Assembly: GCF_006345805.1 (NCBI RefSeq)
Contig: NC_043002.1
Location: forward strand, 50,778,001-50,842,000
Source of the DNA: Octopus sinensis
Taxonomy: Eukaryota
Direction of reading: 5' to 3'
Length of the DNA stretch: 64,000 nt
Below the pieces are notes generated by a model, which was not told the origin of the DNA, did not search any database, and worked only from the letters and a program-made list of their open reading frames with translations. Each line of letters begins with the position of its first letter. The first letter of the stretch is position 1. The position numbers and the translations under genes are program-made. Shown here piece after piece: positions 21,992 through 35,265 of this stretch.

Positions 21992-22581
21992 CAGTAGTCT
22001 TTTTTTATCACGTGCTTTCACTGTACTACCGAGCGCAGCTCCGAGTGCTTTGGGCATGTGCTGTGGTTTGTTGTGATGTTCTTATTTTCACTGTATTGAA
22101 TGTGTTTAATGTAGGATGTGTGCGGTGCCTAGTAATGCTATTTTCTATATGCTACATATACCTGTTAGTCCTGGTGTTTTTGTTATGTCTTTGAATATTT
22201 TTTTATCATATCCAATGCGCCTATTATAATAGGAACTGTTTCTGTTTTTAGGCTCCACGTTCGAGTTACCTCTATCTCCAGACTTTGTATTTTGAAAGTT
22301 TATCCGTTTCTTTTTGAGAAACATTGTCATCTGTTGGTATTGATACATCGATTAGAAAGCATTTGTTTTTCTTGGTGATCTCTGACAACTATATCCGGCA
22401 AATTCACTTTAATTTCTCTGTCTGTGTGTACCGAGATATCCCAGACTATGGCTGCTTTCTCATTTTCTGTGTCCTTTTCTGGTGTGTGCCTATACCATCT
22501 TTTTTCTGTGGTTATTCCATAGTGTTGATATAGATTTTAGTGTATATAGGCCTCAACTCTATCGTGTCTGTGAATATATTC
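21992..22581 (-). mobile_element. R4/Dong-like LINE 3' fragment
   Basis: Reverse complement aligns with 44240-44839 (IHRHDRV..., KPDIVVRD, IDVSIP, 3' UTR ...GAAAGCACG...ACTACTG(AAT)n). Confidence 0.9.
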
Positions 22582-22648
22582 CTTCTTCTTCTTCTTCTTC
22601 TTCTTCTTCTTCTTCTTCTTCTTCTTCTTCTCATTATTATTATTATTA

Positions 22649-22691
<43 letters not shown>

Positions 22692-22693
<2 letters not shown>

Positions 22694-22915
22694 GGTGGCA
22701 GGCTGTCAGAAACGTTAGTGCGCTGGGCGAAATGCTTCGCAGCATTTCGTCCGTCTTTATGTTCTCATGTTCTGAGTTCAAATTCCACCGGGGTCGACTT
22801 CGCATTTCATCCTTTCGGGGTCGATAAAATAAGTATCAGCTGAACACTGGGATCAATATATTAGACTTATCCCTCCCCCAAAAGTGCTGACCTAGTGCTA
22901 AAATTTGAAACCATT
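22692..22915 (+). mobile_element. Family B SINE inserted after (ATT)n
   Basis: AAGGTGGCAGGCTGTCAGAAACGTTAG...CTGAGTTCAAATTCCACCGGGGTCGACTT...GCTGACCTAGTGCTAAAATTTGAAACC. Confidence 0.85.
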
Positions 22916-23396
22916 ATTATTATTATTTTTTTTTTTTTTCTGTAAGTCAAACTAAGTTGCCTCCGATTTTTCAGTTACGAATTATCACTCACCTTACGTA
23001 TGATTACTTATTCAGTATCAGTAAATTAAACAGAGGATTCCTGAAACCATCTTGAATAAAGATATGGCTTTCATTATTTGACTATAGAATGACAACAGAT
23101 AAGATGTCCGGGAAACTTTCAGTAACGATACAAGGTAGCCTAATAAACAGTTATACGGTACATAATTTATTGAGCATGTTTTGTGTTATTCGTTACAAGC
23201 AATACATATATATATACTAGTCTGTGCGGACATTTAAGCTAGGTCCTTCGGAGGGCTAATTGGACCTACGACACAAAACTAAAGAGAGCAATAATAATAA
23301 AGCATTTATTGGTACCTTACCAATATTGTATTACTTTGAATTCAGTCTAAACGAAAAACCTATTAGTTCACAAATTTTTGGAGTTGTTTTAAAATT

Positions 23397-23467
23397 TGGA
23401 TTTCCAACTGTTAGCATATAATACAATACTGGATTTCCAACTGTTAGCATATAATACAATACTGGAT
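23397..23467. repeat. 33-bp tandem duplication (2.1 copies)
   Basis: TGGATTTCCAACTGTTAGCATATAATACAATAC occurs twice exactly, then TGGAT. Confidence 0.95.
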
Positions 23468-23547
23468 GTCCAAGAACCAAATGAAGGGCAGATTTTCAGT
23501 CCCGGGATCGTCCTGATTCCAAAAATGTATAATATGTCTATGTAGTG

Positions 23548-26468
23548 CATAGCTTCCCAAAGTGGGCAATATTGCCCACTGGTGAGCAATTTCAACTTAA
23601 AGGTGGCCGATGGACGAATTTCTAGAACATTTTGGGCAATGTCAACATTTCGTGGGTGACAAAGAATTTTTAGAAATTAAGTCTGCATTTACTGATATCT
23701 AGGCATGCTTAGAATAAGGATGCACTTTTATTGATTTGACTAGTTGCATGAGACATCCCTTTGTATTAAAAAGTGGACTTCTTTATCGATCGAATATTTT
23801 GACGCAGTCATTGAGATAGTTGTCATATATGCTAAAATTAGCAGCCAAAGAAGCTTAGGCTTTAAATCGCGCTTTTTTTTACATAATCGTACGAAGTCCC
23901 ACGTGTAGAATGCGCATTCGCAAAATTTTTCTGAAAGCTCTAGAAAATAGTCATGAGGGGTAATTCTACGGTTTCATATCAAAACACAAGTTAACGAAAT
24001 GTGCAGTCACGCACAAAACGACAGCTCTGAAATCGTGTTTCTTGACTGGGTGAAAATGATCAAACTTTAAACCTCTATAACCTTTTAAAAACATTAATTT
24101 TTTTTTTTGGAAAAAGTTGAATAACACCAGCAATTTAGCTTGGAAAGGTATATTTAAATACCAAACTTTAAAATTTTCGATAAACTTTAATTTTTGAAAT
24201 GCTGGCAGATCTGTATTTGCTCCAGTACAGACGTGCCATCTGACTCCTCTATCGACTTCTACTTCTCTTTAGGACTACCTTTCTGTCACCGTCTGTAGAA
24301 ATTCGTTTTCACATTTTCACTTTACTGATGTCTCCAAGAAAAGTTTTCGACAGTAGACTCGTGATTATTTATCGTTTAGATTTCTTCCCACTCCTCAGAA
24401 CTGTCAGTTACCAATGTGCCTCCTTTGCCATCAAATATTGACCAATGAAGCAATGAAACTTTTATGCTCAAGAAGAACAAGCCGTTGTCATACTTTTTGC
24501 AGCTGAGCGTCTCTTTTAAAAAGCAAACACTATCATCCAATACGCTACTCTAGGAAACTAGTAAGCAGGAGAATGACAGGTTGATTGCATTGTACATCAC
24601 TGCATTGGTTGTTGCTAAGTCTGTGAAGTTTCACACAACTGGAGAAACATTACTTCGTCCGGTTATCGAAGAGGTTTTGTTAACCGTTATGCACAGAAAA
24701 CCTGATGACATTATGAAGAAGATTCCACTTAGTAATAACATGATTTCTCGACTCATCGATGAAGTGGCCAACGATATCAAACATCAGCTCATTAATGTTC
24801 TATAGCATTCTGAATGTTCTATACAAAGTAGATGAGTCAACTGTTGTGGATAATCAATGTTTGATGATGGTATATGTTCGGTTATTTCAACCTTATGAGG
24901 AAATGCTGTTCACAAAGAAATTTCTGCTTGATTCAAAAGGTGCAACAATTTTTCACACTCTTTAGACTTACCATTTTGAACATAATATCCCACTCAATAA
25001 TATTCTTGCCTGTGCGTCTGATGGAGCCCTTTCAATAATAGGAAGATACAGAGGTTTTTCATCTCTCCTAAAGCGTGAAATTTCCCACCAGATACTAACT
25101 GTTCGTTGACTGGCACACCGGCAGCATTTAGTGGCAAAAATATGAACGGTAGATTGAATGATACACTGCATTTAGTTATCAAGATTGTGAACAAATTGAA
25201 ATCCAGTCCTTTGTCTGATCGAATTTTCTCTCAACTATGTCTGACAAATGATGAGGACCATACTAAACTCTTAAACCATACCGAAGTGCGGTGGCCGTCA
25301 AAATGAAACTGTGTTTTACGCTTTATTGAACTGTTTCATATAATCGTATCTTTCTTTGAAGATGCTCCATTATCCGCTTCATTGAGGGATGCAAGGTAGG
25401 TTATCTTTTTTCTTCTCGATATATTCACAAAATAAAATGATTTGAATAAGTTATTGCAAGGAAATAGAAAAAAAAAAACACTCGTTGATTGTAAATCATT
25501 TATCGTAACTTTCATTTCGAAATTAGTGCTGTAGAAGACTAACATTTCAAAACGTCAATTCCATCAATTTCCACAACTTAATTTTTTGAAAGATGAATTG
25601 GTTGATGTGGGTTTAACTACATATTACAAATAGTTACAATCATTGAACGTTGACATGGTGGGGCGATTTCAAGATGTTATTGTGCTGAATATTCCAAATT
25701 GGTATAGCAATCCGTTTGAGGTCGATGCAGTCAATTGCGAGAATGACGTTCAGGAGGAGGCGCACAATGCAACATCGCCGTAATGGCAAAGAAGGTTTAT
25801 GGTACCATCAAAGTATATTGAATTCTTACCCCAATCTGTGGAAACATCTAAACTTACTTTTGCTTGCCTTCCCTACCTCGTACCTGGTTGAATCTGGTTC
25901 TAGCCATGTTGGAACTTCACTTTCCCATAAAAGAATTAGAATTGATACGACACAACAAGGAGACTTGCGGCTAAAGTCAACAAGTTTGAAACCGAATGTA
26001 TCTGCACTAGCTGCATCGCAACAGATACATGGTTCTCATTAAAAGTTGTATTTTTCCTTTATAATACAATTATTAATTACTTTTGTATCGGTAGTTCTGA
26101 TCAGTGGTTCATTTGAAGAAAATAAAAATCAGTGTAAAAGAAAGCGCAAATTTCCAGAAGTTAATCTATCTGCATAATATAGAGTTAACGTTAGAATTTT
26201 ATTCACACTAATGGCAAAACTAAACCCACTATAAGGAATTTGTAAACAACCGCATATTTAGTCCAAACGGCACTAACAGGGCAACAAATTTACAATATAG
26301 TGTCTGTTAAATGATGCAAGGGGAGGGGGGTCTCTTATGGGATTTAGTGTTGAGGTGGGGTGGGGGTTATGTTAGGGTTTTTTTTTTCTACACAGACGGG
26401 CGATCGAGTATTTTTGGAGGATAGATGGGCCTTATTGCAATTTGGCGTGAAAAGTTTCGGAACCATTG
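23548..26468 (+). mobile_element. hAT (Buster/Charlie, SCAND3/ZBED5-like) DNA transposon, degraded
   Basis: Imperfect termini CATAGCTTCCCAAA versus reverse-complemented CAATGGTTCCGAAA (10/14) enclose the transposase remnant. No matching 8-bp TSD was found. Confidence 0.7.
24520..26042 (+). pseudogene. hAT Buster-type transposase pseudogene
   Basis: AKSVKFHTTGETLLRP, IPLSNNMISRLIDE, catalytic VDEST, ACASDGAPS, HRQHLVAK, HTEVRW, and C-terminal LLLAFPTSYLVESG...GDLRLK...GSH*. Many stops and frameshifts. Confidence 0.9.
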
Positions 26469-27039
26469 GTATCAAGCAATGTAGACTAAGATCCTGGGGT
26501 CCTCGAATTTATTATTATAGATTTATGTATATACCACAGAACCTTCCAAAACTAAATACCAATATCTAAGCCTAATCTATGTCCAATTAGAGTACGTATG
26601 AAAAATCGAACATTTAGCAGGACAACTGAAAATAGCGAGACTAAGATATAAGAAATTGAAAATCAAGCACAATGAATGTGTATTCCCATCATCTGCTGCC
26701 AAATGGATATTAGTATAGTTTCAACATCAAACACACACTCACACTTGCACACACACATACAAATAATTGTAGTCCCTCACACACTTACACACACACACAC
26801 GGCGTACACTCATAGTACTGTGTTTCTATGTGTAGTGCGTGTGTGAATGTTTACCTTTACTCAAAATACTCGAATTGAAATATCGAGATAACTCCTAGAA
26901 GGAAACGATTCATACATTTGCACATATAAGTACAACTACGGGATTGAACAATTGTATATATATATACACACACAGATGCATACGCACACATGATCACACA
27001 AACTCGCACACATAATCAAAGACACACATACAAACACAT

Positions 27040-27072
<33 letters not shown>

Positions 27073-27610
27073 AACACACACACATACACTCATTTGTTAT
27101 TCAGATTATTCACGTTCATTTTATTCTCCACCACAATCACCACCACCACTACAAGCAACACCAACACCAGCACCATCACTGCTACCTCCTATACAACTAC
27201 TACCATATTCATACAAACGCAGAGACACAAACAAAGACGCACTTACTGTTACACTCGCATATATAGTCATACAATGTACAAGTTCTAGCTGTCGGCATTA
27301 TTGGCTATTTAATTAATTTATTCACAATAATTTCATCTTTAAAATCATTGTTTAAGAGCAGCGTATTTCAATGTAATTAATAACTTAACAATATTAAACA
27401 TAATTAAGCGGGGTTGGAAACGAAATGGTTTGAGGAGTGATAGTCTTGTTGTAAGCGTTGTACAGCAAGCATTATTATCAGTGGACAGTGAGCTGGCTTT
27501 ATTAGTTTCGAGTCCTCTGCGAAGCCTATTTCGCTTCATTTGCAAGGTATGACTATTATATACAGAATTTATTTTGCGATTTAATCCCAAAAATAACGGT
27601 TAAAATCTTT

Positions 27611-28047
27611 GGATCCTTTCGGTTTGGACGGCAGTTTTTTAAAATAATTTCCACGTAACTAAACACTTTTAAATTTCGTATACTGGTAGAATGTGTTTAT
27701 AAAACATATTTTTCTCTTGGCTTTATTGAGAAAATTCTATAGTTTGTAAGATATTTGTTGTTCTTTTTCTTCAATTTCTGCAATTTCAACCAATCAATGA
27801 CCGTCTATTGAGGTGAAACTATTCTATGCCGTATGAATATGTCCCTCGTTTAAGAAACAGATTGGGTTTATTTACATTTCTGAAGAAAAAAAAGATACCT
27901 TTCCCCCACTCCTAACCCTAACCCTAACCCTAATCCTAACTAACCCAAACTAACCTTAACCCTAAAACAGATCGATACTAGGGTAATTATGGGTAACAAC
28001 TCATATGACACCGCTAGAAAAAACTGCCGTTCAAATCTAAAAGATCC
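27611..28047. mobile_element. MITE with 30-bp TIRs and 8-bp TSD (Merlin-like), carrying (CCCTAA)n repeats
   Basis: TIR GGATCCTTTCGGTTTGGACGGCAGTTTTTT versus reverse-complemented GGATCTTTTAGATTTGAACGGCAGTTTTTT (26/30). TSD AAATCTTT at 27603-10 and 28048-55. Telomere-like tract at about 27912-27965. Confidence 0.85.
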
Positions 28048-28099
28048 AAATCTTTTAAAACACTTTAACGAGATTGTCATTTATTATGAGTTTCCGGCT

Positions 28100-28260
28100 C
28101 TTTACGTTCTGAATTCAAATGCCGCCAAGGCTTACTTTACTTTTCATTATTTCGGGATTGGTAAAGTATATACTAGTGGAGCACTGGGGTTGATATAATC
28201 CACTGCTAATTTTTCTCAAAAGTGTTGGTCTTGTTCTAAAAATAAAGAATTATCATTGAG
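28100..28260 (+). mobile_element. Family B SINE, diverged
   Basis: TTTACGTTCTGAATTCAAATGCCGCCAAGG...ACTGGGGTTGAT...GTTGGTCTTGTTCTAAAA. Confidence 0.7.
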
Positions 28261-30295
28261 TCAGTTTATATTGTGCTCAAATCATTTTAGCCATTTTAGG
28301 ACACGCAGAAACTCTTATATATTCACTTCCCAATATTTTAAAAAATACATTGTTAATTATTTCTAATACATAAAATCAACTATGGTGGTGGTGGCAGGGG
28401 GCATTCAGTTAATTCAACGGCGATAATCATTTTTTCATAATTTTTGGCTGTATTTGGAGTTGCAGTTTGAAATTAAGATATGAGGAAGATGCTCCCTTTC
28501 TTTCTCTCTCTCTCGCACACACATACACACACACACACACACTCACACACGCACACATTTATATAATGTGGTCCTATGAAGCACTGGAGATGAAATAAAG
28601 CTTTCATACTCATCTCTAATATCAGCCTCCTGGCATTTTAATATACGCTGCTAAAGTAATATGCTTGAAGTCTCTGAACTTGTATGTCTTTGCATGGATG
28701 CATGGCACATTTTCTAACACAAGTGTTTCAAAATCTAAATTTTTTGAATATGTTGGAAATGATCCGTTACCTTTCTATTATTAGCCGTACTCAATAACAC
28801 ATTTTTCAAAAAGTTTCAAGATTATTTTGAACTTTCTAAAACTTGTTAGTTATATTTTTAACTCCATGACGTAACAAGATACTCTTTGCGAATATCAGTA
28901 TTCCACAGTGTATTAGTTCACTGACTGAGTCGCTGGTTTAGATGGCGTGAAATAAAAGAATTCTAAAATACCGTTGACAGTGATAGCAGTAAGTACCACA
29001 ACAATGGTTGTATGCCGCAAAAACCTTAACATGTATGCCAGCGGAACGTAAGCTCGTGGTAGAGCTTCCTATGCAGAACAAATCGAAGGATAAAGGCCAG
29101 ACTAATATAGAATAACTCTTCTGAAGATTAAAAGTGGGTTTGTGTAGGGCCAACACCACGACATAGGAAAAAAAGTAAAGTTACAGAAGCTTCGAGGAGA
29201 ATGCAAAACCCAAAAACCTAGTAGAGAAAAGGATACCCCAGAGTCAAAAAACAAAAGCGAAAAGAGGAAAGGTGTCGCTCCATAGGCAGCAAAGGGCTTA
29301 AGTATAAATGGATGAGAGGTAAAATTGGTGTCGGTGGGATACGAAATCAGAATGTAAAGAGCCAGAACAAATGCCACAAAGCAGTTTTCCCGACACTTTA
29401 ATGTTTCTGCCAATCATATGAAAGGTGATATATTATGAAAAACAAAAGAATAACGACGAGCAAATGCATTTGAACGAAAATCATCACATAAAAGCATTGC
29501 TGAGAATATCCTAAATTAATTATGCTAGGAAATGGTACAAAAATAACTGTAGCATTTAAATGCAATTCCAAGAAGACAAGCCATGTTGAAAATGTAAAAG
29601 AAAACGAAGAAAAGAGGATTTGAAGCTATTATTAAAGAAGCAATGCCGTATATAATCCACATGGGGAAGTGATACCCAATCAGATTAGACGATGATGTAT
29701 TTCATTTTGGAAAAAAGTAAAGAGAAAGGAAAGGAAAATTCATGAAAAATGTCACCGTGGTACACATGTCAAAAACGTTTACTTTCGTACCTCTTTATAG
29801 AGAAAACTTTCTGAAGATGAAGGTAATCACTATACCAGCATATATTGTTTATCATGACCTTCATAGAAGAATTCGGCGATTGGCCGATGTGTTGGGCGTT
29901 GTTGAAACCGTTCTGAAATTATAAAATCTTATCTTGCTCATGTTTACGTGCTGGGTATTTTTAAAACGGCTCTGAAGTTACACAAAACTTTTTATTTTCT
30001 GCATTTAGATGTCTCCAGAACAAAGACATATATGTCTGAAGTTGCTTGTTTACGTCCTACACCTCCTTTGTAAATGAGTGTTCAATTTCGCATTTTAAAG
30101 CATTATGGAAAATTTACGATGTCTGGTGAATTTTGCCATGTCTTTCAGGATTCATAAAGGCTGGCTTACGGGATTTTAAGAGTGGGAGAGGAAAAAAAAA
30201 ACTGTTGCAGAGAAGAGTATATGTCAGACAAGTTCTTGCCCTGATTATTTACAATTATATAAAAATTATACGCGTTTGATAGATGTCAGCATATA

Positions 30296-31155
30296 CATGG
30301 TCTGATCAATAAGTATTCGGACTGTTGCTATAGTAACAAAACTAAAGCATGCAGAGTGAAGCCCCTGGGCACAGATTGACTTTTAAGTATGTTGTACATG
30401 TGCACTATGTTTTAACGTCCTAGCTCACTTCCCCTGTTTAGTGCTGTACTTGGGGGGAAGGTTGCATTGATCATGTCAGAGAAAGTTGAGCAGTGAATCT
30501 ACATCAAATTTTGCCAAAAAATTGCCGATACCTGCCCAGAGGCCTATGCAAAGTTTTCAAAAAGATTTCATCATTCTCGTCATAATCAAGAAGATCTTAT
30601 GCAACTGAAATCCGAGTTCCTTTTTTGGTCAGCTGAAAGTAGTTTTGGCACAAACTTGGCAGACACGCGTCTCATACCCAAATCTTCAGTGAGAATAGAC
30701 TGAACTGAACCGTAACTAATCTGTTCATCCTCTGATAACTCACAGATGGTGATTTGACGATTTCCTCTCACAGCTGCACGCACATCTGCGATGTTTTTCT
30801 TAGTTCTGCTGGTTGCGGATTTCCCAGAACGTTCAACAATATCAACATAATTCGGCGATCTTGGAAACGTTGAAACCACTCGTACACTTGTGTGTGGTTC
30901 ATACAATTTCATCCACACACTTTCTGAAAATTTGCGCATGCTTCTGAGCAGGTGTCGCTATGCCAACTTTCTCTGTCATGGTCAATGCGACGACCACACG
31001 CTACACATCTTCCTTCCAAACACTGCTGTAAACAGTTAAAACTTAGTGCACATGCATTGCAGAGTCCAAGGTCAATTTTTAACCAGCGGCTTTGCTCTGC
31101 GTGCTTTAGTTTCATTACTATGGTAAAAGACCGGATACTTATTGATCAAACCTCG
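30296..31155. mobile_element. Mariner-derived element built from two inverted 5' ends, flanked by TA
   Basis: About 85-bp imperfect TIRs plus a shared 5' leader. Plus strand MSEKVEQ*IYIKFCQK (from about 30473). Minus strand MTEKV...GDTCSEA...QVYEWFQRF...ERSGKSATSRT...LTEDLGMRRVSAKFVPKLL (mariner HTH region). Confidence 0.85.
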
Positions 31156-31519
31156 TATCAGGTCGTTTTCCTTGAACCTTTAGCAATTAGATTAGTGTAT
31201 CACAGATAATGCTTATTTATTCACATTATTTTGGATTAATCATAATCTCGTAGCTGCAAGATTTGAATGATGTGATTGTATATACATTTAGAATGACATG
31301 GTAAAGTAGGTGTGAGAAGCAAGATGCAGCTGGTTCGAGCATAAATTTCGCAAAAAGATAAAAATTATTATACCGTTATCGTACGGTTTAGCTTCGACAG
31401 AGTTACCATATTTTATATTGGTACAGAGCGACACAACCTATGTTTAAGTCCATTTTTTAGTCAAGTGACTAAAGGTGGACTGACTCATTGTTATAAAACA
31501 AAGATCTGTGAGCGATTGG

Positions 31520-33376
31520 GAGTTTGTGGTGGTAGCAGATTTTTTGAGTTGAGTTGTTGATAACGGAGTGTTTTTATAGTAAGTGAGAGCGTTAAATATT
31601 TGTTCGTTTATTATTGTTCGAAAAGTTGATATTGTAAATTGTTGTTTTTTTTCCCATTGGGGGAGAATGGAGAAAACGCCAGCGGGCGGCCACAGTTATT
31701 CGGCCGCAACTGGAAAAGGAACAGAAGAGGAAACGTTGGAAATAATTGAAATTGAGGTAGAACCAAGGAAAATGAAGGAATATGAAAGATTACTGGAGAA
31801 GGAGGGAGATACGTTGAAGTTAACGCCGCCTGCAGAACTGACAAGCAATGTAACAAAACGAACAGATGTATTTAAAACCATGAAAATAGCAACGAGAAAG
31901 ACAGAGATTGCGACTGTGGAAGAAATTGAAGAGATTTTGAAAAGCATAAAAAAACTTACGACATATATAACAAGAGGAAGGAAGTATGCCACAGTGGAGG
32001 AGCGCTTTGCGACAGGGAAGAGGCAATTAAGAATGCAACGGAGGCAATAAGATCGGGGGAGTGAGTACTTTTGCCTTCGTACTGTGGCAAACGTGTGGCC
32101 AGAGCGCGAGTAGGCAAAGTACCCCAAGAACTAAAAGAGACATGGCTGATGACAGCCATAATGTTCAACATGAAAGATGAGACCAAGATACTGAAGGCCA
32201 CAAGGACACATAGAATCAATTACTGGGAATACGGGATCGAACTCACTATCCAGGCAACAATAGAAGACTTAAATCGGATTGCTGAGGAGATAGTGCTGCC
32301 CGACGACTTGAGATTGAGAGTAATGGTGGAGGGCAGGCCGCCTGTATGTTTTTCATGGGGAGAGAAAGGCCACATGACGGTGAGGTGCCCACAGAGAGAA
32401 CAGATGGAGAAACAGGAGAGTACGGAACAGGTAATACAGGTGGAGATGGAAGAAGAAACAACGGAGGAGGGATTCACGGTGGTGGAAAGAAAAAGAAGTG
32501 GAAGAGTGAGCCCGCCGCCAGGTAACCAGAAAAAGAAGAAAGAAGAGGCAGAAATGAAAGCTGCGACCAGGAGGAAGGAAGACAAAATGGTGGTGGAGAA
32601 AGAAGGGAAAAAGTAACTGGAAAGGTGTGTGAGAATGAGTTACAGAAGGAGGAAACAGTGTTGAAGACACCGGTTATTTTAGCGAAGGAGAAAGATTCAG
32701 GAATGCAGCTGTACGAGGGTGAAATGGAGAAACTTTTCAGAGTGGAGATAGAAAAGGAAAAAGTACATGAAGTGGAAGTAGAAAAGAGAAAACCAAGAAA
32801 AGGAAAAAAATAAATGGAACTTCGCAACACATGCAAAAAACAAAGAGACGGAAAGAAAAATTGTGAAATTTAAGCCTATCATAAGGGTAAGGTTACCCAC
32901 GGTTATGTATTCCGAAAATGTGAAGGCCATTGTGATCGACAAAGACACATACAAGAGACTGAGAGACATGTGCGGAGACAAGATTGATCCGCCCGGAGCG
33001 TTGGTGGAGTTCGACGAACTGCCACCAGTAGCTGAACTCAGAGACGTGGAGCCGTTCATGAGGTATTAAAATGAAAAAAAAAAGAGTAAGTAAAATAGTT
33101 TTGTTGAAAGAAAAAAAAAGTAAAAAGTAAAAGTGTTTCATGAAAAAAAAAGATAATTAAGTAAAAACAATAGAAAAATAGAACGATTGTAAATAGTGTG
33201 TATAAACGTTCAAAAGGCACTGCATGGGAATGGGGCCCATGCAGCCATTTCATTTCTTCATTTTTATATAACATTTAATTCTCATTCGTTTTATGTTTTA
33301 TATCCCCATTGTGGTGTTGTGTCTGTCCTTGTAGTGTCCCCATCTGTGTTGTGGCCGTGGTGCCAAATAAAGAAAT
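31520..33376 (+). mobile_element. ORF1-only L1/Tx1-like retroelement (HAL1-like), degraded
   Basis: Frameshifted ORF from about 31669 to 33069 with LRVMVEGRPPVCFSWGEKGHMTVRC (CX2CX4HX4C knuckle, 2nd Cys changed to Trp) and a K/E-rich tail. About 300 bp of 3' UTR follows, with a GT-rich segment and AATAAAGAAAT at 33366-76. No endonuclease or RT motif is visible. Confidence 0.65.
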
Positions 33377-34526
33377 TTTATGTTGGTAGTAATTCACTGT
33401 GAGCCTTTGATATGGTGCGTTGAGTCTCATGTAATAGTAGTGCGTCATGTATATAATTTCTCCCCACCCCCGATTCATTATATTATATACTCGATACAAA
33501 GGATATAAAATCTTGGTGCTCCGGCATGGCTGCACTCAAATGATTGAAACAAGTAAAAGAATAGGAGAATAAAAGAATACCAATGAAGAGCATGAAAACT
33601 CGACTAATTTGGGCGTTCTCAGTATAACAGTATTGGCACCGCTTTTTGGAGTAGAAATGATCCCACGATGTCACAGACGACATTATACATCACCATAGTG
33701 TTTTTTATTCGAACATTTACAGTGAAAGTCTACCGAAAATCGCTACGTCTATGTTGCTACATGCTAGCGCGAAATTATTAGAAGGAAGTAATTGCAAACA
33801 CTATATTTACATTCTTTTATTACGCTATTTTGTAGCATCTGTCAGCCAATGAAATACAGCCGTGATGGGACGGCGTCTTGAAGAATTTAATTAAACAAAC
33901 AAACCCCAGTACTCTTACACTTTTTAAAGTCCGTTACATAGTCTATTTTACTGAATCACTAGGTTACAGGAACGTAAACAAACCAACACTGGTTGTCAAA
34001 CAGTACCTGACCAAACCACATCAGTGGATATTAGTCACTGATACTTAGGTAGCCTACCTCTATAAATCGCACATCTAATATAGCTTTCTAAACAACACTA
34101 ACAATTTTTAGTAATGCGAATGTCTATATTTTATGGTTATTGCAAATAACTTGCTGAACCCAACGTCAACTTGTGTAGATTACATAAAATCTATTAATTC
34201 TGATTTATATATTAATAATTTCTAAGTGTAGGTCTTTAACATTTTATAACAATTGATTCAAATATCAATAAATCATTGCATTATTTTTTAAATATTTATT
34301 TTTAGTTTACATTGCTTTATCCATTTCTTTGAAAACTATTCCACTTTCGATGAATATTCTACCTTCTCTTCAACAAGTATTTTTCGATAAAGTTGCATTT
34401 CGGCTAACTTCTCTTTCAGTTAATATACTTTCGGCTCTTGTATTTTCGTCGAATGTGTTTTCACTTAATGTGTTCCTTGACCCATTTATGTATTTATATA
34501 TATATATACACATTTAGACACACACG

Positions 34527-34563
<37 letters not shown>

Positions 34564-35265
34564 AAAAGATAGATGCATGTGTTGGTTAAGAAGTCTGCAG
34601 CGCAACCGCGTGGTTTTGATTTCACTTCCACTGCGCGTTATTCGAGGCAAATATATTCTACTACTGCCCCTGGTCAACCAATGTGGTGTGTATTCATATC
34701 ACACATAATTCACCTGTTAACTGCGTCCAATGAGACGAGGCGTTCTCCGGTGGAGAAAAACAACCGTGATAAGATATTCATGATAAAGCCTGCCAGAACA
34801 CATTAAATACGAATAGATACATTATTGTTTGGATTCTCGTTGTTCTGTGTTCAGCCCACGATTTGTTAACAGTTTGGCAGGCAACTGCACACATCAGCAA
34901 ATAATTTGTGTGCTGATTCCTAAAAGACAAGAGGTCGTGCTCTTGTGACATTTATCGATCCAGCCCTGGGGTAGCTGCGACCGAAGATACACGCAACAAA
35001 GTCGAAACACTGCGGTAGCTTGAAGTTCCCTTAAACCGTGAACCAGTGAATCACGGGTGCTATGAACACGGGAGTGGCATTAGTACAGTTTATGTTACTA
35101 ACGATTGCGGTGATTAAACGGTTGGTAATAGAAGAGAAACGATGTTAGTAACAGTGGCGGCTGCGATGGTTGTGTTAGTTATAGTCATGGCATTGATGGT
35201 CGTCGTACTGGTTGTGACGGTGATGATTGTAATAAAGGTGTGGGAGTAGGAAGAGTGATGGTATT

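Noticed and set aside
23389-23595. 68-aa ORF with duplicated SSIVLYANSWK
   Set aside because: The duplication is a 33-bp tandem repeat in non-coding DNA, and the ORF overlaps the hAT terminus.
27912-27965. Chromosome end or fusion scar
   Set aside because: The short degenerate telomeric tract lies inside a TIR/TSD-bounded MITE.
28950-29720. Purine-rich stretch with K/E-rich reading, possibly a decayed LINE
   Set aside because: I could not identify any endonuclease or RT motif, so it is left unannotated.
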